The translations under genes and the position numbers were made by a program. This document shows, one piece after another, positions 62,238-64,000 of a stretch of 64,000 nt of DNA. The notes beneath the pieces were generated by a model. It saw nothing but the letters and a program-made list of their open reading frames with translations. It was not told where the DNA came from and searched no databases. The stretch's first letter is position 1. Each line of letters opens with the position of its first letter. Source of the stretch: Alphaproteobacteria bacterium (lineage in GTDB: Bacteria; Pseudomonadota; Alphaproteobacteria; UBA6615); the NCBI GenBank assembly GCA_009694135.1, contig SHVS01000008.1, forward strand, positions 2,716-66,715, read 5' to 3'.

Positions 62238-63091
62238 CGCGCTGCCTCCGCTTGTTGCACGCGCGCGCCGCGCACGCCTTCAGCCAGTGCGCGCACATGG
62301 TTGTGCACGTCGGCGACCAGACCCGGCGTGGCGCGCCCATCCTTGCCCAGGTTCCGCGCCAGCACTTCGACCAGCGCCGAGCCGACGACCGCCGCATCGG
62401 CGATGCGCACCGCCGCCGCCGCCTGCTCCGGCGTGCGAATGCCGAAGCCGACCGCGATCGGCAGCTGGGAATTGCGCTTCAAACGCTCGACCGCGCGCCG
62501 CATGTCCGCCTCCGCCGCCGAGCGCGTGCCGGTGATCCCGGCGATGGAGACATAATACAGGAACCCGGAGCTGTTGCCGAGCACCGCCGGCAGGCGCGCG
62601 TCATCGGTCGTCGGCGTCGCCAGGCGGATGAAATGCAGCCCCGCGCGGCGCACCAACGGTCGCAGCTCCTCGTCTTCCTCCGGCGGCAGATCGACCACGA
62701 TCACGCCGTCGGCGCCAGCGTCGCGCGCGGCGGCGACGAACGCCTCGCCGCCCATGCGATAGATCGGGTTGTAATAACCCATCAGCACGATCGGCGTGTC
62801 CTGGTCGTGTCTGCGGAAGGCGTGCACATGCTCGAGCGTGCGCGCCATCGACGCGCCGGATTTGAGCGCGCGCAAAGAACCGGCCTGGATCGCCGGCCCA
62901 TCGGCCATCGGATCGGAGAACGGCATGCCGAGTTCGATCAGGTCTGCTCCCGCTATGGGCAGACCATCAAGCAATTCCTGCGCCGTCGCGCGATCGGGAT
63001 CGCCCGCTGACAGGAAGGTGACCAGCCCGCCGCGGTTTTCCGCCTTCAGCTTGGCGAAACGCTCGGCGATGCGGTCGCGCTGCCCGCTCAC
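62234..63091 (-). CDS. trpA: tryptophan synthase alpha chain
   Basis: [27 protein letters not shown]...[18 protein letters not shown] probable GTG start at 63091 overlaps the trpB stop. Confidence 0.9.
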   Translation of the reverse strand: MSGQRDRIAERFAKLKAENRGGLVTFLSAGDPDRATAQELLDGLPIAGADLIELGMPFSDPMADGPAIQAGSLRALKSGASMARTLEHVHAFRRHDQDTPIVLMGYYNPIYRMGGEAFVAAARDAGADGVIVVDLPPEEDEELRPLVRRAGLHFIRLATPTTDDARLPAVLGNSSGFLYYVSIAGITGTRSAAEADMRRAVERLKRNSQLPIAVGFGIRTPEQAAAAVRIADAAVVGSALVEVLARNLGKDGRATPGLVADVHNHVRALAEGVRGARVQQAEAAR

Positions 63092-64000
63092 GCGTGCCTC
63101 TTGCCTTCCAGCAGTGCGCTGACCGTGAACACGTCCTTGTCGCCGCGCCCGCACATATTCATCAGGATGATGTGCTCCTTGGGCAACGTCGGTGCCAAGG
63201 TCATGACTCGGGCGAGTGCATGCGCCGGTTCGAGCGCCGGAATGATCCCTTCCAGCTTGGCGCAGAGCTGAAACGCCTCCAGCGCTTCGTCATCGGTCGC
63301 CGAGACGTATTCGACGCGCTTGGTGTCGTGCAGCCAGGAATGTTCCGGCCCGATGCCGGGATAGTCGAGCCCGGCCGAGATCGAATGCGCGTCGGTAATC
63401 TGCCCGTCCGCGTCTTGCAGCAGATAGGTGCGGTTGCCATGCAGCACGCCGGGCAGCCCGCCGGTCAACGACGCCGCGTGCTTGCCGGAATGGAGGCCCA
63501 GCCCGGCGGCTTCAACGCCGATGATGCGCACCTCCGGCTCGTCGAGGAACGGGTGAAATAAGCCGATCGCGTTCGAGCCGCCGCCGATGCAGGCGATCAG
63601 CGTGTCGGGCAGCCGGCCTTCGGCCGCTATGATTTGCTCGCGCGCTTCGTTGCCGATGACCGACTGGAAGTCGCGCACCATCATCGGATAGGGGTGCGGC
63701 CCGGCCACGGAGCCGATGATGTAAAAGGTGTCGGCGACATTGGCGACCCAGTCGCGCAGCGCCTCGTTCATCGCGTCTTTCAGTGTGGCGGTGCCGCTGG
63801 TCACCGGCCGCACCTCGGCGCCAAGCAAATTCATGCGAAAGACATTGGGCTTCTGCCGCTCGATGTCGGTCGCGCCCATGTACACGACGCATTGAAGGCC
63901 GAAGCGCGCGCAGACGGTGGCGGTGGCGACGCCGTGCTGGCCGGCGCCGGTTTCGGCGATGATGCGCTGCTTGCCCATGCGGCGGGCGAGCAACACCTGG
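63088..64000 (-). CDS. trpB: tryptophan synthase beta chain (5-prime end lies beyond the window)
   Basis: [16 protein letters not shown]..., GGGSNAIG and [11 protein letters not shown] motifs. The reading frame is open to the window edge. Confidence 0.93.
   Translation of the reverse strand, partial: QVLLARRMGKQRIIAETGAGQHGVATATVCARFGLQCVVYMGATDIERQKPNVFRMNLLGAEVRPVTSGTATLKDAMNEALRDWVANVADTFYIIGSVAGPHPYPMMVRDFQSVIGNEAREQIIAAEGRLPDTLIACIGGGSNAIGLFHPFLDEPEVRIIGVEAAGLGLHSGKHAASLTGGLPGVLHGNRTYLLQDADGQITDAHSISAGLDYPGIGPEHSWLHDTKRVEYVSATDDEALEAFQLCAKLEGIIPALEPAHALARVMTLAPTLPKEHIILMNMCGRGDKDVFTVSALLEGKRHA

Overview
This is a very GC-rich chromosomal core segment of an alphaproteobacterium. Flanking 60-nt lines I counted are about two-thirds G+C. 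The taxon call rests on AddAB, divergent fabA-fabB-fabI and irr, a miaB-phoH-ybeY-corC-lnt chain, and heparinase-II/III next to purH; this looks Hyphomicrobiales/Rhodospirillales-like, but I cannot name a genus.

I support about 66 protein genes and one tRNA-Gly(GCC). I saw no rRNA, CRISPR array, IS element, transposase or integrase. Most genes are housekeeping, and many are linked by 1-14 nt start/stop overlaps:
- Plus strand: tsaE-addB-addA-trxA; miaB-phoH-ybeY-corC-lnt; metK-trmB; rimP-nusA-ylxR-infB-rbfA-truB-rpsO-pnp; xthA; coaBC-dut-rrf2-cysK-moeB.
- Minus strand: fabI-fabB-fabA; DUF971-trm112-lonN-ybbN; purH; heparinase-rpe-SNase-rsmB; folC-accD-trpA-trpB.

Nothing here is an unambiguous new multi-gene system. 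The best candidates, in order:
1. A three-gene DsrEFH/TusBCD-like set (57598-58816) with no other sulfur-relay partner in the window. It runs directly into rsmB. It is preceded by a Cys-less peroxiredoxin-fold/2OG-oxygenase fusion that is translationally coupled to folC.
2. A roughly 1.25-kb low-GC islet (43376-44626). It carries one orphan ParB/Srx-like gene, broken by a frameshift at a G6/C6 tract.
3. A perfect Irr-type ICE palindrome next to the irr gene, abutting the promoter of an uncharacterised rubrerythrin / CCG Fe-S protein / DUF3501 operon.

Smaller observations:
- a class III cyclase-TPR gene split by a single in-frame TAA;
- promoter-hairpin-terminator units upstream of rimP and of xthA;
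- an rsmB with no canonical start codon;
- a truncated solute-binding-protein paralogue beside tRNA-Gly.

Functional calls come from motif recognition in the supplied translations, not from database searches. Hand-counted coordinates of RNA structures may be off by 1-2 nt.
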